Source: Promethearchaeota archaeon (GTDB lineage Archaea > Asgardarchaeota > Lokiarchaeia > Sigyniarchaeales > SOKP01). Taken from it: a stretch of DNA of 16,108 nt. The notes beneath the pieces were generated by a model. The model saw nothing but the letters and a program-made list of their open reading frames with translations, was not told the DNA's origin and searched no databases. This document shows, one piece after another, positions 1 to 8,178 of this stretch. Positions within the stretch are counted from its first letter, which is position 1. Every line of letters starts with the position of its first letter. The stretch lies in assembly GCA_048938445.1 (NCBI GenBank), contig JBHLME010000104.1, forward strand, positions 1 to 16,108, in the 5' to 3' direction. The position numbers were made by a program, and so were the translations under genes.

Positions 1-2
1 CA

Positions 3-794
3 ATCTCTATTCATTTAAATAAGGAAAAAGAAAATGAAGAAATAAGATTTCAACGTAATTTAGAACGTAGAAAAAAATTACAGGAATTACTTGAAAAAAA
101 GGAACAAGCAGAAATACCAAAATCAGAAGGAGGAGAGCTTGAAACTAATCAAACAGATATGAAATTTGACCAAAAACCAAAAATTAAATCACTTCCTACA
201 GTAAATGAACAAGAAATTAAGGATAAAGATGCATTAATAGGAGCTATGGAAGCACTTGATGAAGAAATGAAAGGGTCTCAAATAGATGCAGTGCAATCTG
301 ATAAAAAATCAGAAGAATTGGAATTTGATGAGGTTCTAGAATTAGATGATGAAGAAAGGGATCTTACAGATTTAATACCCGAGAAAATTTTAAATTATCA
401 TGAGAAATACTCATTAATGAATGGCGGTTTAGTTCAATATGATAAACTTAAGGAATATGTCAGCCAAGAACTTAGCGATGTTACTGATGAATTCCCAGAA
501 GAACTCTTTAAACAAATCATTAATCAATTAAAGGAATTGCAGATGATCCAAAATATTATAAAAACGGCAGAGTATGAATTTCTTTTATTCAATGATATCA
601 AGTTAAATTTCTTGCATAGAAGATTTTTAACTCATGCAATTGATAAGGTTCCTTTACAGAAAGAAGATTTCATGAAAGGATTAAATTGGGATGAGGAAAA
701 GGTATTGAAAACAATGAAAGAACTCCAAGAAATGGGGATCATGAGAATTGAAAATGAAAAAATACTTCTACCTGGTTTAATTCAAAAAGAATAA
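3..794 (+). CDS. ESCRT-II Vps22/Vps36 (EAP30 domain)-like protein, 5' end outside the window
   Basis: The frame is open from base 3 (ISIHLNKEKENEEIRFQRNLERRKKLQE...) into the listed 159..794 ORF, so the true start lies upstream. After an acidic linker, the C-terminal part has tandem winged-helix-like segments, EKILNYHEKYSLMNGGLVQYDKL and LNWDEEKVLKTMKELQEMGIMRIENEKILLPGL. These resemble the NGGL and L-x-W...L...G...P-x-L patterns of Vps22/Vps36. Confidence 0.65.
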   Translation: MSIHLNKEKENEEIRFQRNLERRKKLQELLEKKEQAEIPKSEGGELETNQTDMKFDQKPKIKSLPTVNEQEIKDKDALIGAMEALDEEMKGSQIDAVQSDKKSEELEFDEVLELDDEERDLTDLIPEKILNYHEKYSLMNGGLVQYDKLKEYVSQELSDVTDEFPEELFKQIINQLKELQMIQNIIKTAEYEFLLFNDIKLNFLHRRFLTHAIDKVPLQKEDFMKGLNWDEEKVLKTMKELQEMGIMRIENEKILLPGLIQKE

Positions 795-813
795 ATAATA
801 TTATTATAGAAAT

Positions 814-2556
814 TTATAAAAAATTGTTATTTATATATTCTTGAACTGTCTTTATTTCATTTAGATGGGTTTCTCTCTTTCCAAATATATAAAATCGGAC
901 TTCGGGTCCTGTACCACTTGGTCTAAAATATAAGGTTGAGTCATCACTCTTTAATTGATATATATCTATCATTTTATTATTATCAGATAGGGCAGAGATA
1001 TGATATTTTTTATCTTTTATAGTTATTATCTTATTATCCTTTTCTTCAAAGTTTTTCATTAATCTAATTTTATCCTCATCGTTAGCAGGAATCGTGCTAT
1101 TAATTCCCACTATTGCCCAGTCAATCGATTTGGAAATAATATGCCCTCTGCAAATTAATTCAGTTATTAATATTAGAGCAGGTACGGGATATTTGTCCGC
1201 GATAATTGATATCTCTGAGTTAAATGTATACTTTTCTAAATCCTTTTCTTTAGAAATATTCACAATATTTATGGTATGGCCTCCAGATTCTTCCCACATG
1301 ACAATTATGAATTTCTCGTTTTCAATTCCTTTTTTTTCCATCAATTTTATTATTTGATGCTTCAATAGGATATCATTATTTATTTTTATAAGATTACCAT
1401 TATCATCTTCTACATATAATATAGCCGTGTCAATCTTAGATTGGTCTATTTCAACTCCTAAAAGAAAGTATAAAATTATCCCTAAATGTTTATAACCCAC
1501 TCCAGTTAATATGTTTATGAAACTCGTTTTGTCTCCCCTTAAATCGCTTGGAATCGTCCGAACATTGATAATTTTTTTATCATATTCATTTGCTAAGATG
1601 TTATGCATTGCAGAATATATCTCATTAGGAATATACGTGAAATATCCTTCATCTTGCTTGATATAGAGAGCAATTCTATCCCTATCCGCATCTAATAACA
1701 CCGCAATATCTGAATTTTGTTCAGACATTACTTTTTGAATCTTCTCTTCTTTTACTATTTTTATTGGATTGGGCGGATTTATTTCTTCTTCTATTAATAT
1801 CACATTTGCTTCATATTCTTTGAATAAATTAACGATTCCTCGAGCTTTACCTAAGTATGGCCAAATTATAATATTCCTACCTTTTAAGCTTTTAATTTCA
1901 ATTATATTTGCAAGTATATTCCTTACATAATCATTATTTTTTTGTTCAGCATTGATTAATATTGGTTTAAAATCCATATTAAAACGGATCTGATCATATG
2001 TTAATGCTTTTTGTGATATATCTTTAAACATATCTCCTGACATCGGTATTGCATACTGAATGTAAAATTTTATTCCATTCCAAGATAAATCATTATGACT
2101 TGCGGTTAATACAATGATCAAATCAATATCCTCAAGTAACGCAACAGAAGCTGCACCATAAGGAGAAGATAACCTTGATTCATTATTATCATCTTGCTGA
2201 TGATAAATTTCAAATCCTTCATGAGCAAAAATAGCAGAACAATATTTTAATAAAATTTTTCTACTTGGTCTATCATCCGTAACAATGAGAATCTTCAATT
2301 TTTTATTATTTGTAATATCCTTGAATTTATCACTTATGGCTCTGAAGACTCGTAGGAATAAATATAAATTCCTTCTGGTTAACAAATATTGATCCTCTTT
2401 GATTATATCATAAATTTGAATTCTTAAGCCAGAAGTTGGTGCAACAATTGGATTGATGATATTTTTTTCCGCTTCTGTTAATTCAGGTAACTTTAAAATA
2501 GCTATACCTTCTGAATCCCCTTCTAATTCAATGTCTTCTATTTTAAACTCTATCAT
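814..2556 (-). CDS. Alpha-D-phosphohexomutase family protein (phosphoglucomutase/phosphomannomutase-like)
   Basis: Motifs seen: TSGLR near the N-terminus, D-x-R-x-S (DDRPS), catalytic phosphoserine loop TASHN followed by WNGIKF, metal loop DADRDR, TGVGYK, sugar-binding loop WEESGG and C-terminal RPSGTGP. Confidence 0.9.
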   Translation of the reverse strand: MIEFKIEDIELEGDSEGIAILKLPELTEAEKNIINPIVAPTSGLRIQIYDIIKEDQYLLTRRNLYLFLRVFRAISDKFKDITNNKKLKILIVTDDRPSRKILLKYCSAIFAHEGFEIYHQQDDNNESRLSSPYGAASVALLEDIDLIIVLTASHNDLSWNGIKFYIQYAIPMSGDMFKDISQKALTYDQIRFNMDFKPILINAEQKNNDYVRNILANIIEIKSLKGRNIIIWPYLGKARGIVNLFKEYEANVILIEEEINPPNPIKIVKEEKIQKVMSEQNSDIAVLLDADRDRIALYIKQDEGYFTYIPNEIYSAMHNILANEYDKKIINVRTIPSDLRGDKTSFINILTGVGYKHLGIILYFLLGVEIDQSKIDTAILYVEDDNGNLIKINNDILLKHQIIKLMEKKGIENEKFIIVMWEESGGHTINIVNISKEKDLEKYTFNSEISIIADKYPVPALILITELICRGHIISKSIDWAIVGINSTIPANDEDKIRLMKNFEEKDNKIITIKDKKYHISALSDNNKMIDIYQLKSDDSTLYFRPSGTGPEVRFYIFGKRETHLNEIKTVQEYINNNFL

Positions 2557-2639
2557 ATGACTTGTTTATTAAAGTAACCTTATAAAAATTATTAAATCGA
2601 TAAAATTAAATCATTAAAGATACAAAAAAGACATTTTAA

Positions 2640-3527
2640 TCATTTATATCTGATATTTTTTATTGCTTCTCTTAAAATTCCAAGAATTTTTTCCCGATAC
2701 ATTGGTTCAATTGCCACCATTGAATGGAACTTAATATTTCTTCCTCCTTTAGAAAGAATTTTTTCACAAAATTCAGGTGTCAATCTATTTGATAAATCTT
2801 GTTTATTTGCAATCCCAATTACTAATTTATTTTTATAATGCTTTTCTAAAATATCTTGTATGATCTCTTTAGATGAATTTAAATTTTCAAAAGTAGAATC
2901 TGTTACTAAAAGTGCTATATCAGTACCATCTAGAAGACTTCCCCAGAGTGACCGGAAATTACTCTGTCCTGCAAAATCCCAAAATGTGATATCACGATGC
3001 AAGTTAGAATCTAAGTTGCCCCCATCAAATGAAGTGATATCTGCAGTAATAGTTGGTATATATTCTAAATTTATATCTTTTCCACAGATTAAATGAAGTA
3101 AAGACGTCTTCCCCACCCCACCAAGACCGATTATCGAAATTTTTATTGAACCTAAGACAACATTATCAACTTCTTTATGAAAATCTTGGAAAATTGCTCT
3201 ATTCCCCGCCCATTTATTGTCTTTAAGTACATCTTTATATTTCTCTATAAATTTATTCTTAATTGTTGCTATCTTGGGATTTATAAGATTATCATCATCA
3301 TCAAGATCGGCACATACAACTATAATGAGATTGTCAAAAATAGTATAATAATATTTATTGTCTTCAGTGGCGGTGTTTTTTATATCAGATTGTGAGATTT
3401 CTTTCATGAAACCTGAAAATGCACTTAAAAATCCTGCTAATAAGTCTCGGTCTACATCACTTTCTCCATAATTACGGAATAGAAGAGATTTACCATCTTT
3501 TGTAAGGATATTGATATATTGAATCAT
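2640..3527 (-). CDS. Longin-domain + Ras-superfamily small GTPase fusion
   Basis: The N-terminal ~125 aa have a longin-type pattern (IxILTKDGKSLLFRNY...DxDLLAGFLSAFSGFMKEI...LIIVVCAD). The C-terminal GTPase has G1 GLGGVGKT, G2 YIPT, G3 WDFAGQ and G4 NKQD; G5 is degenerate (MVAI). Confidence 0.85.
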   Translation of the reverse strand: MIQYINILTKDGKSLLFRNYGESDVDRDLLAGFLSAFSGFMKEISQSDIKNTATEDNKYYYTIFDNLIIVVCADLDDDDNLINPKIATIKNKFIEKYKDVLKDNKWAGNRAIFQDFHKEVDNVVLGSIKISIIGLGGVGKTSLLHLICGKDINLEYIPTITADITSFDGGNLDSNLHRDITFWDFAGQSNFRSLWGSLLDGTDIALLVTDSTFENLNSSKEIIQDILEKHYKNKLVIGIANKQDLSNRLTPEFCEKILSKGGRNIKFHSMVAIEPMYREKILGILREAIKNIRYK

Positions 3528-3677
3528 TTTTCATTTGTGCTGGTTTTCTTTCTCTAAAAAATAGAGTATCTTATGCGCGTATTCTAGACGACTAAAATTT
3601 AAAATAATATTAATTTATTAATTTAATAAAAATAAAATATTATAAAAATATGTTTTTTAAAATTTTCAGTATAATTA

Positions 3678-4301
3678 GTGTTTAATAAGGAGTCACAAAT
3701 GACAGATACAAAAGATTTGAATCAAGAAGAGATTGAAAACATTTTAATTGAGATTAACGGAAAACTAGAAAATTTTTCTTTAATTCTACAAAACTTCGGA
3801 TTAGATTTGATAACAAAATTAGGAAAAAATGAATCAAAACTTACTATGCTTACAGATAAAATTGAGAATCTTGCGAAAGCAACTTTAGATATTAAAGCAT
3901 TTACACCAATATTAAATAAAATAGTAGATCGGCAGAAATCAATAGAAAGTGAGTTAGATTTGTTGAAATCTTTAATACAACAATCTTTACAAATGAGGAA
4001 AACAGGTAAGTTAAATGAGAGTTTAATTAAAAGAGATGAATCAATAACCAATAATTTTGAATTAATTAAACAAAATTTTGAGAATTTTAAAGAAGAGATT
4101 GATAAAATAGAACAAACTGAAAAAGCTAAAGAGATCCTAATCAAAATAAGAGAAGATATTTTTGAATTAACTGGAGGACATCGAATTCTTTATGAAATAG
4201 CGCAAGTTATTAAATTATTGGAGGATAAAATTCCATTTGATGATGAATTAAAAACAATTTTAAGGGATAAAATAGGATTTTGGATGAATAAATTAAAATA
4301 A
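3678..4301 (+). CDS. Hypothetical helical/coiled-coil protein (probable start ATG 3699)
   Basis: 207-aa ORF with genome-typical codon bias and heptad-like L/I/E/K content. AAGGAG at 3687-3692 precedes ATG 3699, which is a more likely start than the listed GTG. Confidence 0.7.
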   Translation: MFNKESQMTDTKDLNQEEIENILIEINGKLENFSLILQNFGLDLITKLGKNESKLTMLTDKIENLAKATLDIKAFTPILNKIVDRQKSIESELDLLKSLIQQSLQMRKTGKLNESLIKRDESITNNFELIKQNFENFKEEIDKIEQTEKAKEILIKIREDIFELTGGHRILYEIAQVIKLLEDKIPFDDELKTILRDKIGFWMNKLK

Positions 4302-4326
4302 AACAAAATTTTAAGGAATATTCATA

Positions 4327-4641
4327 ATGGTACAATTCAAAATTGGTGAAGAACACGAAGGAGATTATACCTGTGATGATTGTAGATCATTCATAGATGG
4401 ATTTTGTTACAGATGGTCCTTTCCAATCCAAAGTAATCATATTCCCTGTACAAAATTTAAATATCAAAAAAAAATTGAAGAAGAAATAGATCTATCAACT
4501 ACTCCTAACGAAAAGTCCTTATTACAGGATTTTTTCCGAGAATTAAGAAAAGCTAATAAAGAAATTGATGGAAAATCCTATCTGGAGATATATACTACTT
4601 TTGATGAATTAATAAATAAGTATGCTCAAAGGTTACTTTAA
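4327..4641 (+). CDS. Small hypothetical protein with putative Cys4 metal-binding N-terminus
   Basis: C-x2-C-x7-C-x13-C pattern (CDDCRSFIDGFCYRWSFPIQSNHIPC). Starts 25 nt after the previous gene on the same strand, so probably co-transcribed. Confidence 0.65.
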   Translation: MVQFKIGEEHEGDYTCDDCRSFIDGFCYRWSFPIQSNHIPCTKFKYQKKIEEEIDLSTTPNEKSLLQDFFRELRKANKEIDGKSYLEIYTTFDELINKYAQRLL

Positions 4642-4689
4642 AATTTTCTTTATTAGTTTATGGTACAAAAAATAAGGTAAAAGATTTGG

Positions 4690-5287
4690 TTACGATTTTA
4701 CTTTTGATTGCCGTGTAATTTCGGCCATTTTTTTAAAAATATTTTTTACATTATCCCCCGTCTTTGCGGACGTTTCATGATATGCACAATTGAGTTTATC
4801 GGCCAAATGCTCCGCCATGGGTTGGATAATTTTTCTTTCATCCTTTAAATCAATTTTATTACCAATTAAGACACGTGGAATCCCACTAAGACCATATTTT
4901 ACAGCAGTATTATACCAATTTTGAACATTTGAAAATGTACTACTTCGTGTAATGTCAAATACAAGCATCATCCCATCTGCTCCATTAAAATAAGGGCGAT
5001 GAAGCATGTAAAACTGAGGTTGACCTGCTATATCCCAAATCATCAAATTAACCATAATTTTCTCGCCCTTTTCCTCAACCTCAACAATTTCCTTAACGAT
5101 ATCTGCACGCCTATAACGCCTGTGTTATAGACGTTGTGCCTACCGTTGGAATGTATTGAGTCTTGAATTTTTTCGAAGAATATTTATCTAGAAGCGAGGT
5201 CTTACCTACTTGAGGATCTCCAACAACTATGATCTTATAAATCACTTCAGTTCTTCCTTCGAAAACGATTTCTTCTTCTCCGGACAT
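4690..5287 (-). CDS. Rab-like small GTPase split by a 31-nt insertion; predicted spliced CDS complement(join(4690..5102,5134..5287)), 188 aa
   Basis: ATG at 5287 reads MSGEEEIVFEGRTEVIYKIIVVGDPQVGKTSLLDKYSSKKFKTQYIPTVGT, containing G1 and G2. This part is absent from the ORF track because it stops at TAG 5113-5111 after 58 aa. The downstream frame reads IVKEIVEVEEKGEKIMVNLMIWDIAGQ...NKID...ETSAK (G3, G4, G5). Exons of 154 + 413 nt give 567 nt = 188 codons + stop. Confidence 0.92.
5103..5133 (-). other. Putative 31-nt bulge-helix-bulge (tRNA-endonuclease-type) intron in mRNA
   Basis: mRNA reads AACGGUA-G-GCAC-AA^C-GUCUAUAAC-ACAGGC-GUUAUAGGC-GUGC-AG^A-UAUCGUU. This gives a 7-bp exon-exon stem, a 4-bp central helix GCAC/GUGC, two 3-nt bulges (AAC, AGA) on opposite strands and a 9-bp intron stem with a 6-nt loop. 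Cleavage after the second nucleotide of each bulge removes 31 nt and restores the frame. Confidence 0.8.
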
Positions 5288-5553
5288 TTTTTCTTTTTCA
5301 CAAGTTATTTTTAATTATATATGAAAATAAGAATAAGCATTTTTAAGAATTTCTATATCTTTATTTTAACGATTTAAGTTTTCATTTTTTTTATTTTATT
5401 ATTGTAATTATTGTTTATTTTTAGAATTATTAATTAGTCATTTTTCAGAATAAAAATAAAAAATGCTTATTATTCTATGTATCAAGAAATTTAATAAGAG
5501 AATAATTCATATAGAATTATACTCATGTATAAACCAAGAAGGTATAAAGATTC

Positions 5554-8124
5554 ATGAATGAAAAAATCAAAGAATTTCTAAAAGAAGGAAGAGTTGCATT
5601 TTTTTTAGGGGCGGGTATTTCAATGATTCCTCCATCATGTCTACCCAGCTGGTGGCAAATAAATCACGCAATTCTTGATTCCTTAGCCGATGAAGGTGCT
5701 GAAATCGTTCCAGAATTAAGAGATTTAGCTGAAATGATTAAAAAAAGGGAGGAAGAAGGAAGATTACCCCCAGAATTTGTAGCTGAAATCATTACAAATC
5801 GAATTGGAAAATCTTATTTCGAAGTTTTACAAGTCTTAGAAGGAGATACACCTAATTTAGCACATTTGTGGTTAGCAATATTAGCTAAAGCAGGATTATT
5901 AAAAGCTATCATTACCACCAATTTTGACACGCTAATAGAAAAAGCTTTTGAGAAAATTGGAGTTCCCCTAAAAGTTCTTGTCAATTCTAGAGAGTATGAA
6001 AATATAGAAAAATTTGAAGATTCAAAAGAGCCGTGCATGTTATTGAAGTTACATGGTACTGCCACCCTCCCTGATACATGTATTGACACTTTAGCCCAAA
6101 GAAAACGTGGATTGCACCCAAACATTACTCAAGCATTAGATTATATTGGAACTCGGACATTTTGGATCTTCTTAGGATATTCTGGAGCAGATTTAGAGGC
6201 AGAACCTAATTATCTTGGGATACGTCATCGGATGAATAATTCACCTGGATTTGCCTGGTTACACTTGCCAGAAAGAGATCCCCTCCCTGTTATTTCAGAA
6301 CTAGCTAATTTATATGGAGCAAATAGGGGATTAATAGAACATGGAGTTTTACCGGATTGGTTAGATGAATGCAAAAACATTCTTCCGGAAAATGTTCAAG
6401 CTCCAAAGAGCATTATCCTTGCTGGAGAGAAAATTCAACAAATTAAAAATGAAAAAAGTGAATATATCCAAGAACATGCTCTTAGTTGGGCAAAAAAGCA
6501 AGGCAGTGCTGAATGTGCTCTAATACTTTGTGATATTGGTGTTGATTCTGGTTTTTACGATATAGCAAGATCTATATTATTAAAACTGCACGAAGGAGTA
6601 GGAGAGTTTACGTTAACTCCGATTGGAAATGCTTTAGTTTGTCAACTTTTAGGTGAAATATCAAGAAGATTTGGAGAAATGGAAAAAACCTTGAAGTATC
6701 ATCAGGATGCGGCGAAATATTTTCAAGAAGCTAATAATCTTGAAGGATATCATGCGTCTGCACAAGATATTGCAAACTTAAAATGGCAATTTGGATATTT
6801 TGAAGAAGCTGAAAAAGATTTATACAATATTATGGAATATCATCAAAAAGTTAATGATAATGAAGGTCATGTTCATGCGTTATTAGATTTAAGCAACTTA
6901 TATCGAGAAACTGATCAATATCAAAAAGCGATGAATTTATTAAACGATGCAATTAAAATAGCAGCTAAAAATGGTCTTGAAATACTACGGGCACACGGTA
7001 TTTTAGGAAAGGCACTAATAGAAAGTGAATTGGGAGAAATGGAAGATGCTGAGAATCTCGTATTAGAATCTATAGATATATATACACGGTTGGGAGATGA
7101 CAATTTCTTATCGGAAGCTTCAAGAGAGCTTTCACAAATTCATTTCAAGCGTGGAGAAATTCAAGAAGCACTAGATATTCTTGAAAAATCTAGACAAAGT
7201 GCAATTCTAGTTGGAAACAAGTCCAGAATTATTAGGGCTGAAAGGGTAAAGGGAGAATACTTATTAAAGTTAGGAGAATACAACGAGGCAGTCTCCGTTT
7301 TAAACAATTCATTGAAAAAGGCGAATGAACTTGGAGATTTTATTCTTATCATCACAATTATGCAAAGTCTTGGATTAGCTCATCAATCACAAGGTAATGT
7401 TAATGAAGCAAAATCAATATACCAGGAAGCCATAAACAAGGCAGAAAAAAATGGATTAGATGTAAAAGCTGCAGGAATAAAAACTAACTTGGGAATCATA
7501 TTGGAACAAAGTGGTGAGGTTGAAAATGCTTTACATAACTATGAAGAAGCAGATAAGGTTTTCAAGCGCATGGGCATATTAGAATCGATTGCAGGATCTC
7601 AAGGAAATCTAGGGAACATTCATTTCCGTTTAGGGAATTACGCGGAAGCCCAAAAATACTATGAAGAAAGCATGAAGATTGCTGAGAAACTTCAAAATAT
7701 TGATGTTGTTTTAAGAACTAAGTATAACATCGCGAATGTGGTATTACAGTCAGGAGACATGGAAGGAGCGAAGATGCAATATCAACAAGCAATCGACTTA
7801 GCTAAGAAATATGAACAAAAGGGATTAAAGGACATGTTTCAAATAAATTATGCGGGTCTTTTATTTCAATTGGAAGACTATCATCCAGCTTTAGAACTTT
7901 ATGGAAATGCTTACGTTTCTTGTATCGAACGTAAGGATTATCTACAAGCCGGCACAGCGATCTATTATGCTGGTTTATCTTATTTCCGTTTGAATGAAGT
8001 GCAAAAAGGCATTAAATTATTAGAGGAAGCTATTGACACGTGGAAAATGCTTGATGAAGAACCCCCGCAACTAGCTGAAGCTCAACAAACATTAAATTCG
8101 GTAAGAGAACAATTAAACTCATAA
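5554..8124 (+). CDS. SIR2-like (SIR2_2 type) domain fused to a long TPR array
   Basis: N-terminal sirtuin-like motifs FLGAGIS, ITTNFD, LLKLHG and FLGYSG. From about residue 320 there are about 12-13 TPR-like repeats with a 40-aa period (e.g. NLGNIHFRLGNYAEAQKYYEESMKIA). No Walker A motif was seen. Confidence 0.88.
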   Translation: MNEKIKEFLKEGRVAFFLGAGISMIPPSCLPSWWQINHAILDSLADEGAEIVPELRDLAEMIKKREEEGRLPPEFVAEIITNRIGKSYFEVLQVLEGDTPNLAHLWLAILAKAGLLKAIITTNFDTLIEKAFEKIGVPLKVLVNSREYENIEKFEDSKEPCMLLKLHGTATLPDTCIDTLAQRKRGLHPNITQALDYIGTRTFWIFLGYSGADLEAEPNYLGIRHRMNNSPGFAWLHLPERDPLPVISELANLYGANRGLIEHGVLPDWLDECKNILPENVQAPKSIILAGEKIQQIKNEKSEYIQEHALSWAKKQGSAECALILCDIGVDSGFYDIARSILLKLHEGVGEFTLTPIGNALVCQLLGEISRRFGEMEKTLKYHQDAAKYFQEANNLEGYHASAQDIANLKWQFGYFEEAEKDLYNIMEYHQKVNDNEGHVHALLDLSNLYRETDQYQKAMNLLNDAIKIAAKNGLEILRAHGILGKALIESELGEMEDAENLVLESIDIYTRLGDDNFLSEASRELSQIHFKRGEIQEALDILEKSRQSAILVGNKSRIIRAERVKGEYLLKLGEYNEAVSVLNNSLKKANELGDFILIITIMQSLGLAHQSQGNVNEAKSIYQEAINKAEKNGLDVKAAGIKTNLGIILEQSGEVENALHNYEEADKVFKRMGILESIAGSQGNLGNIHFRLGNYAEAQKYYEESMKIAEKLQNIDVVLRTKYNIANVVLQSGDMEGAKMQYQQAIDLAKKYEQKGLKDMFQINYAGLLFQLEDYHPALELYGNAYVSCIERKDYLQAGTAIYYAGLSYFRLNEVQKGIKLLEEAIDTWKMLDEEPPQLAEAQQTLNSVREQLNS

Positions 8125-8178
8125 AAATAGCAAGAATGAGAGAATCTGTTAAATTAGATCCTGTAAATATAGTACTTA

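Noticed and set aside
3040-3070. Second intron at the equivalent switch I position of the longin-GTPase
   Set aside because: The frame is continuous (YIPTITADITSF), with no insertion or BHB-like fold seen.
4690-5055. 121-aa ORF as a complete gene, or the locus as a simple pseudogene
   Set aside because: It lacks G1/G2, which are encoded at 5287-5134 in another frame. Both halves are otherwise undamaged and the only lesion is a precisely BHB-shaped insert, so a pseudogene is disfavoured, though not excluded.
5111-5127. Programmed +1 frameshift or TAG read-through as the way to express the GTPase
   Set aside because: The two frames overlap only between the TAA at 5127-5125 and the TAG at 5113-5111, with no recognisable slippery site. 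A shift would add about 10 residues next to switch I, and read-through alone leaves the wrong frame.
5107-5134. Hairpin as intrinsic terminator, CRISPR repeat or MITE
   Set aside because: No U-tract follows on the coding strand, it is single-copy in the window, there are no spacers or cas genes, and there is no clear target-site duplication.
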